NCBI GenBank assembly: GCA_035559535.1
Contig: DATMBG010000006.1
Coordinates: 62,001 to 126,000, forward strand
Direction of reading: 5' to 3'
From: Candidatus Limnocylindrales bacterium
GTDB taxonomy: Bacteria > Moduliflexota > Moduliflexia > Moduliflexales > JAUQPW01
Length of the DNA stretch: 64,000 nucleotides
In this document: piece after piece, positions 38,347 through 48,661 of the stretch
How positions within the stretch are numbered: the stretch's first letter is position 1
How the letters are laid out: every line of letters begins with the position of its first letter
Made by a program: the position numbers and the translations under genes
Notes under the pieces: generated by a model
What the model was told of the DNA's origin: nothing
Databases searched by the model: none
Seen by the model: the letters and a program-made list of their open reading frames with translations, nothing else

Positions 38347-39279
38347 TTAATCAGAATTTTTAGGAGCGAAGGATTCTCCCTGGTCCTCCTGGTATAATTT
38401 TTTAAGACCTTCCTCTACATCCGATAGGGTAAAGCTTAAAAGGTTCTGGATTTTATTAATGGAAAAAGAGCAGTCGGCAGGCATATTGACCGTTAAGACA
38501 CTGGCCATGGAAGCCGGTTCTATAAGGTGGATAGGGTATCCATAGAGTTCGGCAAATTTCTTTCCGAATTCGTATCGTGTAATCCGCTCCCTTCCACCCA
38601 GATGAAATATCTCCCGTTTTGTAGAAATGGTAGCCACCTCCTTTAAAGCCTCAACAGCTTCAGAAACCAACAGGGGAGTCCTATATTGATCGGTAAATAA
38701 CTTCGTTTTACCTCCCTGGGTCCAGGTTTTTCGTAACCAGTCCAGAAAACTTTCGCTAAAACTATTGCCAAAACCGTACATTAAAGATATCCGTATGATA
38801 AGATAGTCCGGAGCATTTTCGGCTGTTACCACTTCTCCAAGTAGCTTGGTTTCCCCGTAAAAATTTAAAGGATCCGGAAGGTCGGTTTCTTTATAGAAAC
38901 TCCGTTTTCCATTAAAAACCAGGTCTGTGGAAACATAAATAAAGCGGCTATTTTTGGGAGATTCGAGGATTAGATTTCGAGTTCCCTCTACATTGATTCG
39001 ATAGGCCGATTCCTTATCTTTTTCACATACCTCTACCCTAGCAAGGGCTGCCGTATGGAAAATCAGATCAGGTTGGACTTTTTTCAGGACCTCCCGGACC
39101 TCACCTTTATCTGAGATATTTAACTTTAAAGTTTTAACCCTTTCCATTTGGAAAGGGTGATGGTAATAACCGGCGAAAACCCGGTAGTGATCTTTTAAAG
39201 CCTTTACCAGATTCCATCCGAGGAATCCACTCCCTCCGGTTACGAATACAGTTTTAGCGGGCTCTTTGTTTTCGTTCAT
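38347..39279 (-). CDS. dTDP-4-dehydrorhamnose reductase-like SDR (RmlD family)
   Basis: VTGGSGFLG, HTAA, YVSTDLVFNG, PLNFYGETK, FTDQYRTP. Confidence 0.88.
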   Translation of the reverse strand: MNENKEPAKTVFVTGGSGFLGWNLVKALKDHYRVFAGYYHHPFQMERVKTLKLNISDKGEVREVLKKVQPDLIFHTAALARVEVCEKDKESAYRINVEGTRNLILESPKNSRFIYVSTDLVFNGKRSFYKETDLPDPLNFYGETKLLGEVVTAENAPDYLIIRISLMYGFGNSFSESFLDWLRKTWTQGGKTKLFTDQYRTPLLVSEAVEALKEVATISTKREIFHLGGRERITRYEFGKKFAELYGYPIHLIEPASMASVLTVNMPADCSFSINKIQNLLSFTLSDVEEGLKKLYQEDQGESFAPKNSD

Positions 39280-39437
39280 AGAGTGAGGAGCCTCCTTTTT
39301 CTTCTGGGGATTTTATAAAGTAAAATCTATTCTATGGGGTAAGGTACGTTCTAAATCTTAGATAGCCATAAAAATGTATTGACATTGGGTTAATCCCCTG
39401 GAAAGATAAAGCGTCTATTATAGTGAATTTGGAGAAA

Positions 39438-40643
39438 ATGGGCATGGAAGATAATAGAATTTATTGGTTGGCCTTAAGTCTCGTACAAGGGGTAGGAGCT
39501 ATCCTCTTCAAACGATTAATAGAAGCCTTCGGCTCCCCACGTAATGTTTTTGAGGCTTCTCCAGAGGCCCTTCAACAGGTAGACGGCGTTGGGGCTAAAA
39601 CGGCCCATCATATTAAAACGTTCTTCAAAACAGATATCCTCAGAAAACAGCTTCAACTTTTAGAGAAACATCGGGTTCAGATTGTAACCCTTAGCGACTC
39701 AAACTACCCGGAGCTCTTAAGAAATATTTTCGATCCGCCTCCTGTTCTATATGTGAAAGGAACTTTCTCAGAAAGGGACCAGTTGGCCGTTGCCGTAGTT
39801 GGTTCGAGGAAATCTTCTTCATATGGGCGATTAACCGCCGAAAAGATCTGTTTAGATTTGGTTTCCAGGGGTGTCACCATTGTAAGTGGATTGGCCAGGG
39901 GAATCGATAGTTTTGCCCATCGGGGGGCCTTAAAGGGAGGGGGAAGAACTATTGCAGTTCTTGGAAATGGAGTTGATTGCATTTATCCACGGGAAAATCG
40001 AAGGTTATACGAAGCGATTGTGGAAAAGGGAGCGGTAATTTCTGAGTTTCCTTTAGGAACTCCGCCGGATCGAAAGAATTTCCCGGTTCGAAATCGAATT
40101 ATTAGTGGGCTGAGCCTGGGTGTTGTGGTAGTAGAAGCCGGTGATCAAAGTGGAGCTTTGATCACAGCCGACCAGGCCCTCGAGCAAGGGCGTGAAGTCC
40201 TGGCTATTCCCGGGAACGTTTCTTCCTACACCAGTCGAGGGACCCACCGTTTGATCAAGCAAGGTGCTAAATTAGTAGAAACTGCAGAAGATATTCTGGA
40301 AGAGCTTTCTCTATCCCGTATAGGGGCTGGAACCCAAATCCAACCTCTGCTTTCAAACTCTTCTCGCTCCATCCCACCCCATTCCCCCGAGCGAAAAGGG
40401 ATGATCTCTTCTTCACCCTTTCTTAAAGGTCTTAAAGGAGAAACGACTCCTCCCCTGGAAGATCTTACAGAAGATGAGAAGTCGGTCTATGCAGTCATCG
40501 GTTCTGAACCTTTGCACGTAGATGAAATTGTTCATCGCCTTCAACGTCCAGCAGGATTTGTGTTGGGAGTTCTCATGATGTTAGAGATGAAAAACAAAAT
40601 CAAGCAGCTTTCCGGCAAGATGTTTATACGAAATGACTTCTAA
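39438..40643 (+). CDS. dprA: DNA processing protein DprA
   Basis: YPELLRNIFDPPPVLY, AVVGSR, IVSGLARGIDSFAH, FPVRNRIISGLS, SGALITA; C-terminal winged helix. Confidence 0.96.
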   Translation: MGMEDNRIYWLALSLVQGVGAILFKRLIEAFGSPRNVFEASPEALQQVDGVGAKTAHHIKTFFKTDILRKQLQLLEKHRVQIVTLSDSNYPELLRNIFDPPPVLYVKGTFSERDQLAVAVVGSRKSSSYGRLTAEKICLDLVSRGVTIVSGLARGIDSFAHRGALKGGGRTIAVLGNGVDCIYPRENRRLYEAIVEKGAVISEFPLGTPPDRKNFPVRNRIISGLSLGVVVVEAGDQSGALITADQALEQGREVLAIPGNVSSYTSRGTHRLIKQGAKLVETAEDILEELSLSRIGAGTQIQPLLSNSSRSIPPHSPERKGMISSSPFLKGLKGETTPPLEDLTEDEKSVYAVIGSEPLHVDEIVHRLQRPAGFVLGVLMMLEMKNKIKQLSGKMFIRNDF

Positions 40644-40644
40644 A

Positions 40645-40720
40645 AAAGTGTGGGGGTATGAAAGTATGGAAGGATATCCTTCCACACTCCCATACCCCCA
40701 CACTCCCATACTCCTATATC
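40645..40720. repeat. 8-mer tandem inverted-repeat hairpin after dprA (possible terminator)
   Basis: gtgtgggggtatgaaagtatggaagg..ccttccacactcccatacccccacactcccatactcc. Confidence 0.8.
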
Positions 40721-41048
40721 CCCTCCACTTCTATCGGGTTAAAGCCTACTATTTCGAATAATAGTTATCTCTCCGACATTTGACATTGTTTGATAGCCGG
40801 GTGTAAGGTAGAAGATCCAACATTTTCTCAGAGGTTACTTAAAAAAGCATTTTTTACCCCTTCAGAGGTTTTGTTCTACCTCTAGGGGGTCTTCCTTTCT
40901 GTAAGCTGTCCTCGTTATAGGGCAGAGGAATAGACTTTGCAAAAAGTAATAACTGAGTCTCCGATAAGCATCTCTAGGGTTAGGAGAAAGTCCTCGAGGG
41001 TTTCTTTAGAAGTTTTATTTTTAAAAATATGGGAGGAGAGATAAATAT

Positions 41049-41456
41049 ATGGCAGAAAATAAGATATCAAGGGCTGAATCCGGTTTTGATTTAGGACAGC
41101 TCATTCAAAAACTTTTTCAAGATCTTTCCCGATTAATGCAAAACGAGGTTCAACTTCTGAAGATAGAGCTTGAAGAAGATGTGTCCAAGTTGATGAGGGG
41201 AAGCATTCTCCTGATAATCGGGGCGGTTTTTGGATTTTTTGCCTTTGGGGTTTTGACGGTTACCTTGATTGCGTTATTAATGAAGGTCCTTCATAGTTTG
41301 ATTTGGTCAAGTCTTATAGTAGGAATGGTCTACCTTATTATAGGCTATATTTTAATAGAGATAGGAAAAACTAAGGCCCGGCAAGCAACTCCTGTATTAA
41401 ATGAGAGTATAAAGGAGTTGCAAAAAGATAAGGACGTCATAGGAAAGGAATTATAA
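41049..41456 (+). CDS. YqjE/holin-X-like two-TM membrane protein
   Basis: DLSRLMQNEVQLLKIEL followed by two TM helices and P..NESIKELQKD; GGAGG RBS. Confidence 0.75.
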   Translation: MAENKISRAESGFDLGQLIQKLFQDLSRLMQNEVQLLKIELEEDVSKLMRGSILLIIGAVFGFFAFGVLTVTLIALLMKVLHSLIWSSLIVGMVYLIIGYILIEIGKTKARQATPVLNESIKELQKDKDVIGKEL

Positions 41457-41458
41457 TT

Positions 41459-41698
41459 ATGGAAGAGATAAGAAAGCCAGTGACAGAGCCTCTAAGTATT
41501 GAAGAGGTTAAACAGCAACTCAAAGAATCCATTGAAAGGGATAGAAGAGCTGTTGCTCGAACTATTCGGCATGTGGAGCGTGAATTCAAAAAAGAAGTAA
41601 CCCAATGGATGGATTGGCGGGAGTGGGTAAGAACTTACCCCGTCAAAGCGGTTATAGGAGCTGTCTTCATTGGATTTTGGTTAGGAAGGAAATTCTAA
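41459..41698 (+). CDS. Tail-anchored ElaB/YqjD/DUF3618-like small protein
   Basis: Coiled N-terminus; WVRTYPVKAVIGAVFIGFWLGRK C-terminal anchor. Confidence 0.65.
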   Translation: MEEIRKPVTEPLSIEEVKQQLKESIERDRRAVARTIRHVEREFKKEVTQWMDWREWVRTYPVKAVIGAVFIGFWLGRKF

Positions 41699-42209
41699 AA
41701 AAATTAACCGCCCGGGATGCCCGGTTTATCCAGATAGACCCTTCTTTCTACTTTGATGGGGTTATGAATAGAAAACATCCGGAGAAGGGGAAATTTATGC
41801 TTTTTACTCTGAAATTTTTTTGTATCCCTTAAAATTAGAGGGAGTTTTTGGCCTTTGTTTGCTTACTTAACCCGATTTTGTGAGGCTTAATCCCCTTGAT
41901 TTCTTCCCCAAGGGTTAAGCTTGCTGAAGTCTCTTTTCTGGTAGCGTCAAAGGGTATTTTTTATTCTACGAACCTCCCAACGCGTATCTTTAGGAAAAAT
42001 CAAGTATTATTCCCATCATCGGAAGTTGACAAGAACGGTTGTAGAGTGTATTGTGCACTTGTAATGGGACGATACGCGATCATACCTCCCATAAAAGTTT
42101 GCATAAACGCTCAAAGCGTGTTGTTTTCAGATGAGAGATCTTTCCGAAAGGAGAACATGTAACGGAGTTCACTTATCAAGGGCGACTCCGTTATTCGGAA
42201 TACTTATCT

Positions 42210-44513
42210 ATGACAAAATCTTTAGTGATTGTAGAATCTCCTGCGAAAGCAAAAACCATCAGTAAGTTTTTAGGTCCTCAATATACCGTTAAAGCATCTG
42301 TTGGGCATGTTAAAGACCTCCCGGAGAAAGAACTGGGGGTTGATATTGAGAATAATTTTAAACCTAAATACGTGGTTATCAAGGGTAAGAAAAAAATTTT
42401 ATCTGAAATCAAAGAGGCTGCCAAGAAAGCAGACGCGATTTATTTAGCTCCGGACCCGGACCGGGAAGGAGAGGCTATTTCCTGGCATATTGCCCAGGAG
42501 CTTAAAGACAAGCAAGATCACATCTACCGGGTTATGTTTAACGAGATTACCCGGCGAACGGTTCTGGAATCCATGAAGAATCCAGGTCGGATTGATCTCA
42601 ATAAAGTAGATGCCCAGCAGGCCCGAAGGATTTTGGACCGCCTGGTGGGATATAAAATTAGTCCCCTCCTCTGGAAGAAAGTTCGTAAAGGGCTTAGTGC
42701 AGGGCGGGTTCAATCGGTAGCGTTGCGGTTGATTTGTGAACGGGAGCGGGAAATTCAAAATTTTGTCCCGGAGGAATACTGGTCCATTACAGCTCATTTA
42801 AGAGGTGAGTTTCCGCCGGATTTCGAAGCCAGACTCTTTAAATCGGGCAATGAGAAAATCAAAATAGAGAATGAACAACAAGCCCGATCTATCTTGGAAG
42901 ATCTGGAGGGGGCTTCTTATAAGGTAGACAAAATTGACAAAAAAGAACGAAAGCGGAATCCAACTCCCCCGTTTACGACCAGTACTCTTCAACAGGAAGC
43001 TGCAAGGAAACTAAAATTCTCTGCGAAGAAGACCATGATGATTGCCCAGAATCTCTATGAAGGCCTTGAAATCGGTCAGGAAGGTGCAGTGGGTCTGATT
43101 ACCTATATGCGAACAGACTCTACTCGGGTATCGGAGGAAGCCCAGGCAGAAGCTCGCCAATACATTTTAGAAAAGTATGGAAAGGACTATGTTCCCGAAG
43201 TACCCCATAAATACAAAACCCAAAAAGCGGCCCAGGAAGCCCATGAAGCTATCCGCCCCACTTCGGTTTATCGGGTTCCGGCATCCTTAAAAAATTACCT
43301 GACGGAGGATCAGTACAAACTCTATGAGCTAATCTGGAACCGATTTATTGCCAGTCAGATGGAATCGGCCCTCTTAGAAGTAACAACGGTAGATATCCTG
43401 GCCGGTAAGTATCTCTTTCGGGCAACCGGGTCTGTGATAAAGTTTTTGGGGTTTATGAAAATTTATGTGGAAGGCAAAGATGATATCCAGCAAGGAATCA
43501 ATGAGGATGAAGGAGATTTGGATTCAGATCAGGATAAAATTCTACCTCCACTTCGAGTAGGTGAAGTCCTGACCCTCCTGAAGCTGGTTCCCAAACAGCA
43601 TTTTACCGAGCCTCCACCCCGGTACTCCGAAGCCAGCCTGGTCAAGGAGTTGGAAGCTCAGGGGATTGGGCGTCCCAGTACCTATGCAACGATTTTGAGT
43701 ACAATCCAGCAGCGGGATTACACGCGAAAGGAAAAGGGAAAGTTTGTTCCCACCGAGTTAGGTATGCTGGTAGTGGACCTTCTTCTGGAAAATTTCCCTC
43801 ACCTTTTTAATGTAAAATTTACTGCGGAAATGGAAGATCAGTTGGATAAGATCGAAGAGGGGAGAGCTAACTGGGTTCAATCTTTGGAAGAGTTTTACCG
43901 ATCCTTTAATCAAGAGTTGCAGAAGGCCTTTGTAGAAATGCGAGATGTTAAAAAAGAGATGGAGGAAGTAACCGAAGAGATCTGCGAGAAATGTGGTCAG
44001 CCTATGGTAATCAAGTGGGGCCGTTATGGGAAGTTTATGGCCTGTTCCGGTTTTCCTAAATGTCGAAACACCCGAAAAATCCCGCAAACTGAAGATGGTC
44101 AGGTCAAAACTCAAACCGAAGTGGTTACCGATGAAAAGTGTGAAAAGTGCGGTAATTCCTTAGTTGTTAGGGAAGGGAAGTTTGGAAGATTTCTTGCCTG
44201 CTCTACTTATCCCAGGTGTCAGTTTACAAAACCTTTCAGTACTGGAATTTCCTGTCCAGAAGAAGGGTGTAATGGGACGCTGGTAGAGCGGCGGGGACGA
44301 AATGGGAGAACTTTTTATAGTTGTAGTAATTATCCAAACTGCAAATACTCCCTGGCCTATAAACCTGTTGCAGAGCCTTGTCCAAAGTGTCAGGCTCCTT
44401 TTTTGATTGAAAAATGGGATAAAGATCGTGAGACTTCTATTATTCAATGCCAGCATAAAGGATGTGATTTTCAAAAGCAGGAGTCGGAGGCCAGAAACCC
44501 GGAGTTAGAGTAA
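42210..44513 (+). CDS. topA: DNA topoisomerase I (type IA)
   Basis: LVIVESPAKAKTI, DPDREGEAI, SAGRVQS, LITYMRTDS, GIGRPSTY; C-terminal C4 zinc fingers. Confidence 0.98.
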   Translation: MTKSLVIVESPAKAKTISKFLGPQYTVKASVGHVKDLPEKELGVDIENNFKPKYVVIKGKKKILSEIKEAAKKADAIYLAPDPDREGEAISWHIAQELKDKQDHIYRVMFNEITRRTVLESMKNPGRIDLNKVDAQQARRILDRLVGYKISPLLWKKVRKGLSAGRVQSVALRLICEREREIQNFVPEEYWSITAHLRGEFPPDFEARLFKSGNEKIKIENEQQARSILEDLEGASYKVDKIDKKERKRNPTPPFTTSTLQQEAARKLKFSAKKTMMIAQNLYEGLEIGQEGAVGLITYMRTDSTRVSEEAQAEARQYILEKYGKDYVPEVPHKYKTQKAAQEAHEAIRPTSVYRVPASLKNYLTEDQYKLYELIWNRFIASQMESALLEVTTVDILAGKYLFRATGSVIKFLGFMKIYVEGKDDIQQGINEDEGDLDSDQDKILPPLRVGEVLTLLKLVPKQHFTEPPPRYSEASLVKELEAQGIGRPSTYATILSTIQQRDYTRKEKGKFVPTELGMLVVDLLLENFPHLFNVKFTAEMEDQLDKIEEGRANWVQSLEEFYRSFNQELQKAFVEMRDVKKEMEEVTEEICEKCGQPMVIKWGRYGKFMACSGFPKCRNTRKIPQTEDGQVKTQTEVVTDEKCEKCGNSLVVREGKFGRFLACSTYPRCQFTKPFSTGISCPEEGCNGTLVERRGRNGRTFYSCSNYPNCKYSLAYKPVAEPCPKCQAPFLIEKWDKDRETSIIQCQHKGCDFQKQESEARNPELE

Positions 44514-44605
44514 AAGCGGAATCAAATTTAGAAATCGGTATTCGAAAGAAAATCCAGATCCTATCGGAAATTTTTGTATTCTGACTTCTAATTCCTGAAT
44601 ATCCA

Positions 44606-45376
44606 ATGACCATCATTATAGATGGATATAACTTTATCGGTCGGTCTCGAAAATTAAGGATCGAAGATCCCCACTGTCGAGAAAAGCTCTTTCGAAAATT
44701 GACCGATTATTGCAGACTTCGAAAGAAGGATGTTATTGTTGTCTTCGATGGGGCTTGTCTGGGACCCGGGGTGGATAAAAAACGGACCTACGGAAGGATT
44801 ACGATCCTGTATTCTTCAGGAGGGCTTAGTGCCGATGAAGAGATTGTAAGACTAATCCGTGCCGACAAACAAAAAAAGCAATTGCTGGTAGTCACTTCGG
44901 ATCATGAGGTTCAAAACTATGCAAAATCCATGGGGACCCAGGTGACTAAATCGGAAGAATTTGAGCGGGATATCGAGAGAGTTTTTGCTCAAAATCGCGG
45001 CCGGGAAGAGAGAAACCGCCGCCTTTCCAACAAAGAGGTCCAAAAGTGGCTGGAAATCTTTAGTCAATCTCCCTCAGATGAGGGAGAAGTTGACTTCCCT
45101 TCGGGAGAGGATGTAAAATCTTTTCCTGAGGAAAGTCCTCCAAAAAGAGAAGCCACGGCAATGCAAGGGAGTAGTATAGATGAATCGGCGTCCCCATTTC
45201 AGAAGAAACTTCCCAGTGTAGCTAGAAAAAACAAAGGAGTTCTCCAAGAAGAAAGGATTCAAAAGCTAAAAAAGATAAAGAAAAAAATGCCCGAGAAACA
45301 AACCCTGGATCGGGTTCATGTTCATCTTTCTGAGTTAGAAATTCAAGAATGGCTGAAAATCTTCAAGGAAAAATAG
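44606..45376 (+). CDS. NYN/PIN-fold ribonuclease (YacP/Rae1-like) with a long C-terminal tail
   Basis: IIIDGYN, VVFDG, SADEEI, VVTSD. Confidence 0.8.
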   Translation: MTIIIDGYNFIGRSRKLRIEDPHCREKLFRKLTDYCRLRKKDVIVVFDGACLGPGVDKKRTYGRITILYSSGGLSADEEIVRLIRADKQKKQLLVVTSDHEVQNYAKSMGTQVTKSEEFERDIERVFAQNRGREERNRRLSNKEVQKWLEIFSQSPSDEGEVDFPSGEDVKSFPEESPPKREATAMQGSSIDESASPFQKKLPSVARKNKGVLQEERIQKLKKIKKKMPEKQTLDRVHVHLSELEIQEWLKIFKEK

Positions 45377-46359
45377 AAACTTATTTAGATAAATTCCTGG
45401 GATATCTGCAGATAGAAAAGAATTTATCCCAACGAACAATTGAAAGTTATCGAACCGACCTGCTTCAGTTCGAGAAGTTTCTCCAAGATACCCGGTTTGG
45501 TATAAAAGAGCACTCCCCAGAAGGTTTGATAGATTGGACAAGGATAGATAAAACCGTTATCCGGGCTTTCCTGGGCCATTTACATGAAAAAGGTCGGGCT
45601 AAGACTTCGATAGCCAGGAAATTAGCTGCCATTCGTTCCTTTTTAAAATATTTGAATCGGGAGGGTATTTTGACTCTGAACCCGGCTTCCTTTGTAACCA
45701 GTCCCAAGCTTCCCCAAAGAATACCCTCCTTTCTATCTGTTTCCGAGGTATCCACCCTGCTGCAGTCTGTAGATCCCCAGGTAAATCCTGAAAATTCAAG
45801 TTCTCAAACTTCAAAGAGAATAGGCTTCTCAGCCCCTCATCTCCTTAGCTTAAGGGATCATGCCATCTTAGAGGTTTTATATGCTACGGGGATAAGGGTT
45901 GGAGAGCTGGTTAATCTGAAGATTAATCAGGTTAACTTTGAGGAAAAAACAATCCGGGTACGAGGTAAAGGAAAAAAAGAGCGGATGGTTTTATTGGGAA
46001 CACCTGCTGTGGCAGCTTTGAAGGCTTATTTGCTCGAAAGAGAACGGTTGGAATCTCTGTTAAGAACTGAGAGAAATGAAAATCCACCTCTTTTTGTCGA
46101 CTATAAAGGGGATCCTCTAACAGACCGAAGTATACGGCGTATTGTAGAGAAGTGCGTGCGAAAGAGCTTACTTTCTAAGCAGATTTCTCCCCATTCCCTT
46201 CGTCACACGTTTGCAACTCATCTGTTAGACTCTGGAGCCGATTTACGTGCTATTCAAGAATTACTGGGTCATGAGAGTCTGTCCACGACTCAAAAGTATA
46301 CCCATGTAAGTATAAATAAACTGATGGAGGTCTATGAAAAAGCGCACCCGAAAGCGTAA
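45349..46359 (+). CDS. xerC: Tyrosine recombinase XerC
   Basis: ARKLAAIRSF, YATGIRVGE, GKGKKER, PHSLRHTFATHLL, QELLGH, TTQKYTH; topA-xerC-hslVU synteny. Confidence 0.93.
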   Translation: MAENLQGKIETYLDKFLGYLQIEKNLSQRTIESYRTDLLQFEKFLQDTRFGIKEHSPEGLIDWTRIDKTVIRAFLGHLHEKGRAKTSIARKLAAIRSFLKYLNREGILTLNPASFVTSPKLPQRIPSFLSVSEVSTLLQSVDPQVNPENSSSQTSKRIGFSAPHLLSLRDHAILEVLYATGIRVGELVNLKINQVNFEEKTIRVRGKGKKERMVLLGTPAVAALKAYLLERERLESLLRTERNENPPLFVDYKGDPLTDRSIRRIVEKCVRKSLLSKQISPHSLRHTFATHLLDSGADLRAIQELLGHESLSTTQKYTHVSINKLMEVYEKAHPKA

Positions 46360-46483
46360 ATAGTCCTTTGTTGGTTGTCTGTTGCTTTGTAAGGCTAGAA
46401 TGACCTGTTCCCTGATTCCTATAAACCGACAACCTGAAATCTATCCGGAGAAGGGTCAATGAGCAGTTTAATAAATAAAAGAA

Positions 46484-46511
46484 ACAACGGACAACGGACA
46501 ACGGACAACGG
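46484..46511 (+). repeat. (ACAACGG)4 heptamer tandem repeat
   Basis: Four perfect copies; related heptamers at about 6695, 8870-9020 and 63345-63430. Confidence 0.9.
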
Positions 46512-46518
46512 ACAAGAA

Positions 46519-47046
46519 ATGTTTCATTCTACAACAATTTTATCTGTTCGGCACAAAGGCCGTGTTGCTATGGCTGGAGATGGACAAGTTACCTTTGGGG
46601 ATACAATTATGAAGCATAATGCTCGAAAAGTCAGGCGGATGTACCATGATAAAATTATAGCGGGCTTTGCGGGTGCCGCTGCAGACGCTTTTGCCCTTTT
46701 TTCCAGATTTGAAAATAAAGTAGAAGAATATCGGGGTAACTTATACAGAGCCTCGGTAGAGCTGGCTAAGGACTGGAGAACAGATAGAATTCTTCGAAGG
46801 TTAGAAGCTCTACTGGCTGTGGCAGATCGGGATTATTCTTTGATTATCTCGGGAACAGGAGACATTATCGAACCCGATGATGGCATTATCGGTATAGGTT
46901 CTGGGGGTTCTTATGCGCTGGCGGCAGCCAAAGCTTTGGTCCATCATACCGATTTGAGTGCGAGGGAAATTGTTGAGGAGGCCATGAAAATCGCTTCCTC
47001 TATTTGTGTTTATACCAACGATAAAATTATCGTTGAAGAACTTTAA
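46519..47046 (+). CDS. hslV: ATP-dependent protease peptidase subunit HslV
   Basis: STTILSVR (Thr nucleophile), [24 protein letters not shown]; alternative start at 46459. Confidence 0.97.
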   Translation: MFHSTTILSVRHKGRVAMAGDGQVTFGDTIMKHNARKVRRMYHDKIIAGFAGAAADAFALFSRFENKVEEYRGNLYRASVELAKDWRTDRILRRLEALLAVADRDYSLIISGTGDIIEPDDGIIGIGSGGSYALAAAKALVHHTDLSAREIVEEAMKIASSICVYTNDKIIVEEL

Positions 47047-47195
47047 ACTTTATTAGAAATAAGTTTTTATAACTACTCTCCCACAAAGACACAAAGGCCC
47101 AAAGATTCAAAAAGAAAAATAGAAAAATCTAACCCTTTGTGTTTCTCCATGTCTTCATGTCTTTGTGGGGAGATGGTTTATTTCTGAATCAGAGA

Positions 47196-48587
47196 ATGAT
47201 TATAAAAGACCAGGATAATTCCTTAGAGAAAACCGAAAGCCTGATGGATACTCTAACTCCTCGACAAATTGTTTCCGAGTTAGATAAATACATCGTTGGT
47301 CAAGTCGATGCCAAACGTGCAGTGGCTATTGCCTTGCGAAATCGCTGGCGACGACAAAAACTAAGTCCTGAATTGCGAGATGAAGTGGCTCCTAAAAATA
47401 TTATCATGATTGGACCCACCGGAGTGGGTAAGACAGAGATCGCCAGGCGGTTGGCTAAACTGGCTCAGTCTCCCTTCCTCAAGGTAGAGGCTTCTAAATT
47501 TACCGAAGTGGGTTATGTAGGTCGGGATGTGGAGTCGATGATTCGGGACTTGACCGAATTGGCAGTCAATATGGTCAAGGCAGAAAAACAGGAGGAGGTT
47601 AAGGAAAAAGCCAGAGTCCTTGCCGAAGAGAGACTCTTAGATCTTTTGTTCCCGTCTTCTAAACCTTCTGAAGAAACCTCCGCAGTTTCCCCAGAGGACT
47701 CTCGAAGCAGTACCCGGGAAAAGATTAGAAAGCTCCTTGCCAGTGGACAATTTGATGACCGATTGGTAGAAATAGAGGTACGAGATCGAACCCTTCCCAT
47801 CGTGGAGATTTTTTCCAATGCTGGTATCGAAGAAATGGATATTAATATCAAGGATATGCTTCCACCCGGGCTTTTTCCGACACGAACTAAAAAACGAAAA
47901 GTAAAAGTATCAGAAGCCAGGAAGATCTTGGAGCAAGAGGAAGCCCAGAAATTGATAGATATGGATGAAGTGACCCGGCTTGCTATTCAGAGAACCGAAC
48001 AAACCGGTATTGTCTTTATAGACGAAATAGATAAGATCGCAGGCCGAGAGAATTATGGGGGACCGGATGTATCCCGGGAAGGAGTCCAACGAGATATCTT
48101 ACCCATCGTGGAAGGATCTACAGTTAATACGAAATATGGTATGGTAAGAACCGATCACATTTTATTTATTGCCGCCGGGGCTTTCCATGTCTCAAAACCT
48201 TCGGATCTTATTCCGGAATTACAAGGGCGATTCCCTATTCGGGTTGAGTTAGAACCGCTGACAGAAAATGACTTTATCCGAATCTTAACGGAACCTCAAA
48301 ATGCTCTGATTAAACAATATACCGCTTTATTGGAAACCGAAGGAGTCCGGCTGGAGTTCACCGAAGATGCTATCAAGGAAATTGCATCGGTCGCGGCTAT
48401 CGTGAATGAGAGAACCGAAAACATAGGAGCCAGAAGGTTGCATACGGTGATGGAGAAACTTTTGGACGAAATCTCCTTCAATGCTCCTGAACTAAAAGAG
48501 AAAACAGTCGTTATCGATGCAGAATATGTCAGGACCCGATTGAAAGATATTGTAGAGGATCAAAACCTGAGTCGATATATTCTGTAA
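47196..48587 (+). CDS. hslU: ATP-dependent protease ATPase subunit HslU
   Basis: [13 protein letters not shown] pore loop, FIDEIDK, QGRFPIR, NIGARRL, LSRYIL; start could be 47244. Confidence 0.97.
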   Translation: MIIKDQDNSLEKTESLMDTLTPRQIVSELDKYIVGQVDAKRAVAIALRNRWRRQKLSPELRDEVAPKNIIMIGPTGVGKTEIARRLAKLAQSPFLKVEASKFTEVGYVGRDVESMIRDLTELAVNMVKAEKQEEVKEKARVLAEERLLDLLFPSSKPSEETSAVSPEDSRSSTREKIRKLLASGQFDDRLVEIEVRDRTLPIVEIFSNAGIEEMDINIKDMLPPGLFPTRTKKRKVKVSEARKILEQEEAQKLIDMDEVTRLAIQRTEQTGIVFIDEIDKIAGRENYGGPDVSREGVQRDILPIVEGSTVNTKYGMVRTDHILFIAAGAFHVSKPSDLIPELQGRFPIRVELEPLTENDFIRILTEPQNALIKQYTALLETEGVRLEFTEDAIKEIASVAAIVNERTENIGARRLHTVMEKLLDEISFNAPELKEKTVVIDAEYVRTRLKDIVEDQNLSRYIL

Positions 48588-48661
48588 ATAACTGAACAAC
48601 CCGGAGGAGCAGGGATAAAAAAATAGTCTCTGTGTCCTCTGGGGTTTCTGCCTCCCGGTTT

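Noticed and set aside
41049-41456. Holin-family-like protein as evidence of a prophage
   Set aside because: It pairs with an ElaB-like gene as in chromosomal yqjDE-type loci; no endolysin or structural genes nearby
41896-42162. 88-aa ORF upstream of topA
   Set aside because: TTG start without an RBS, no recognisable motif, and it spans a probable topA promoter region (TTGACA at about 42026)
45349-46359. Tyrosine recombinase as a prophage or island integrase
   Set aside because: The topA-xerC-hslVU context and motifs indicate housekeeping XerC; no att sites or phage genes are visible
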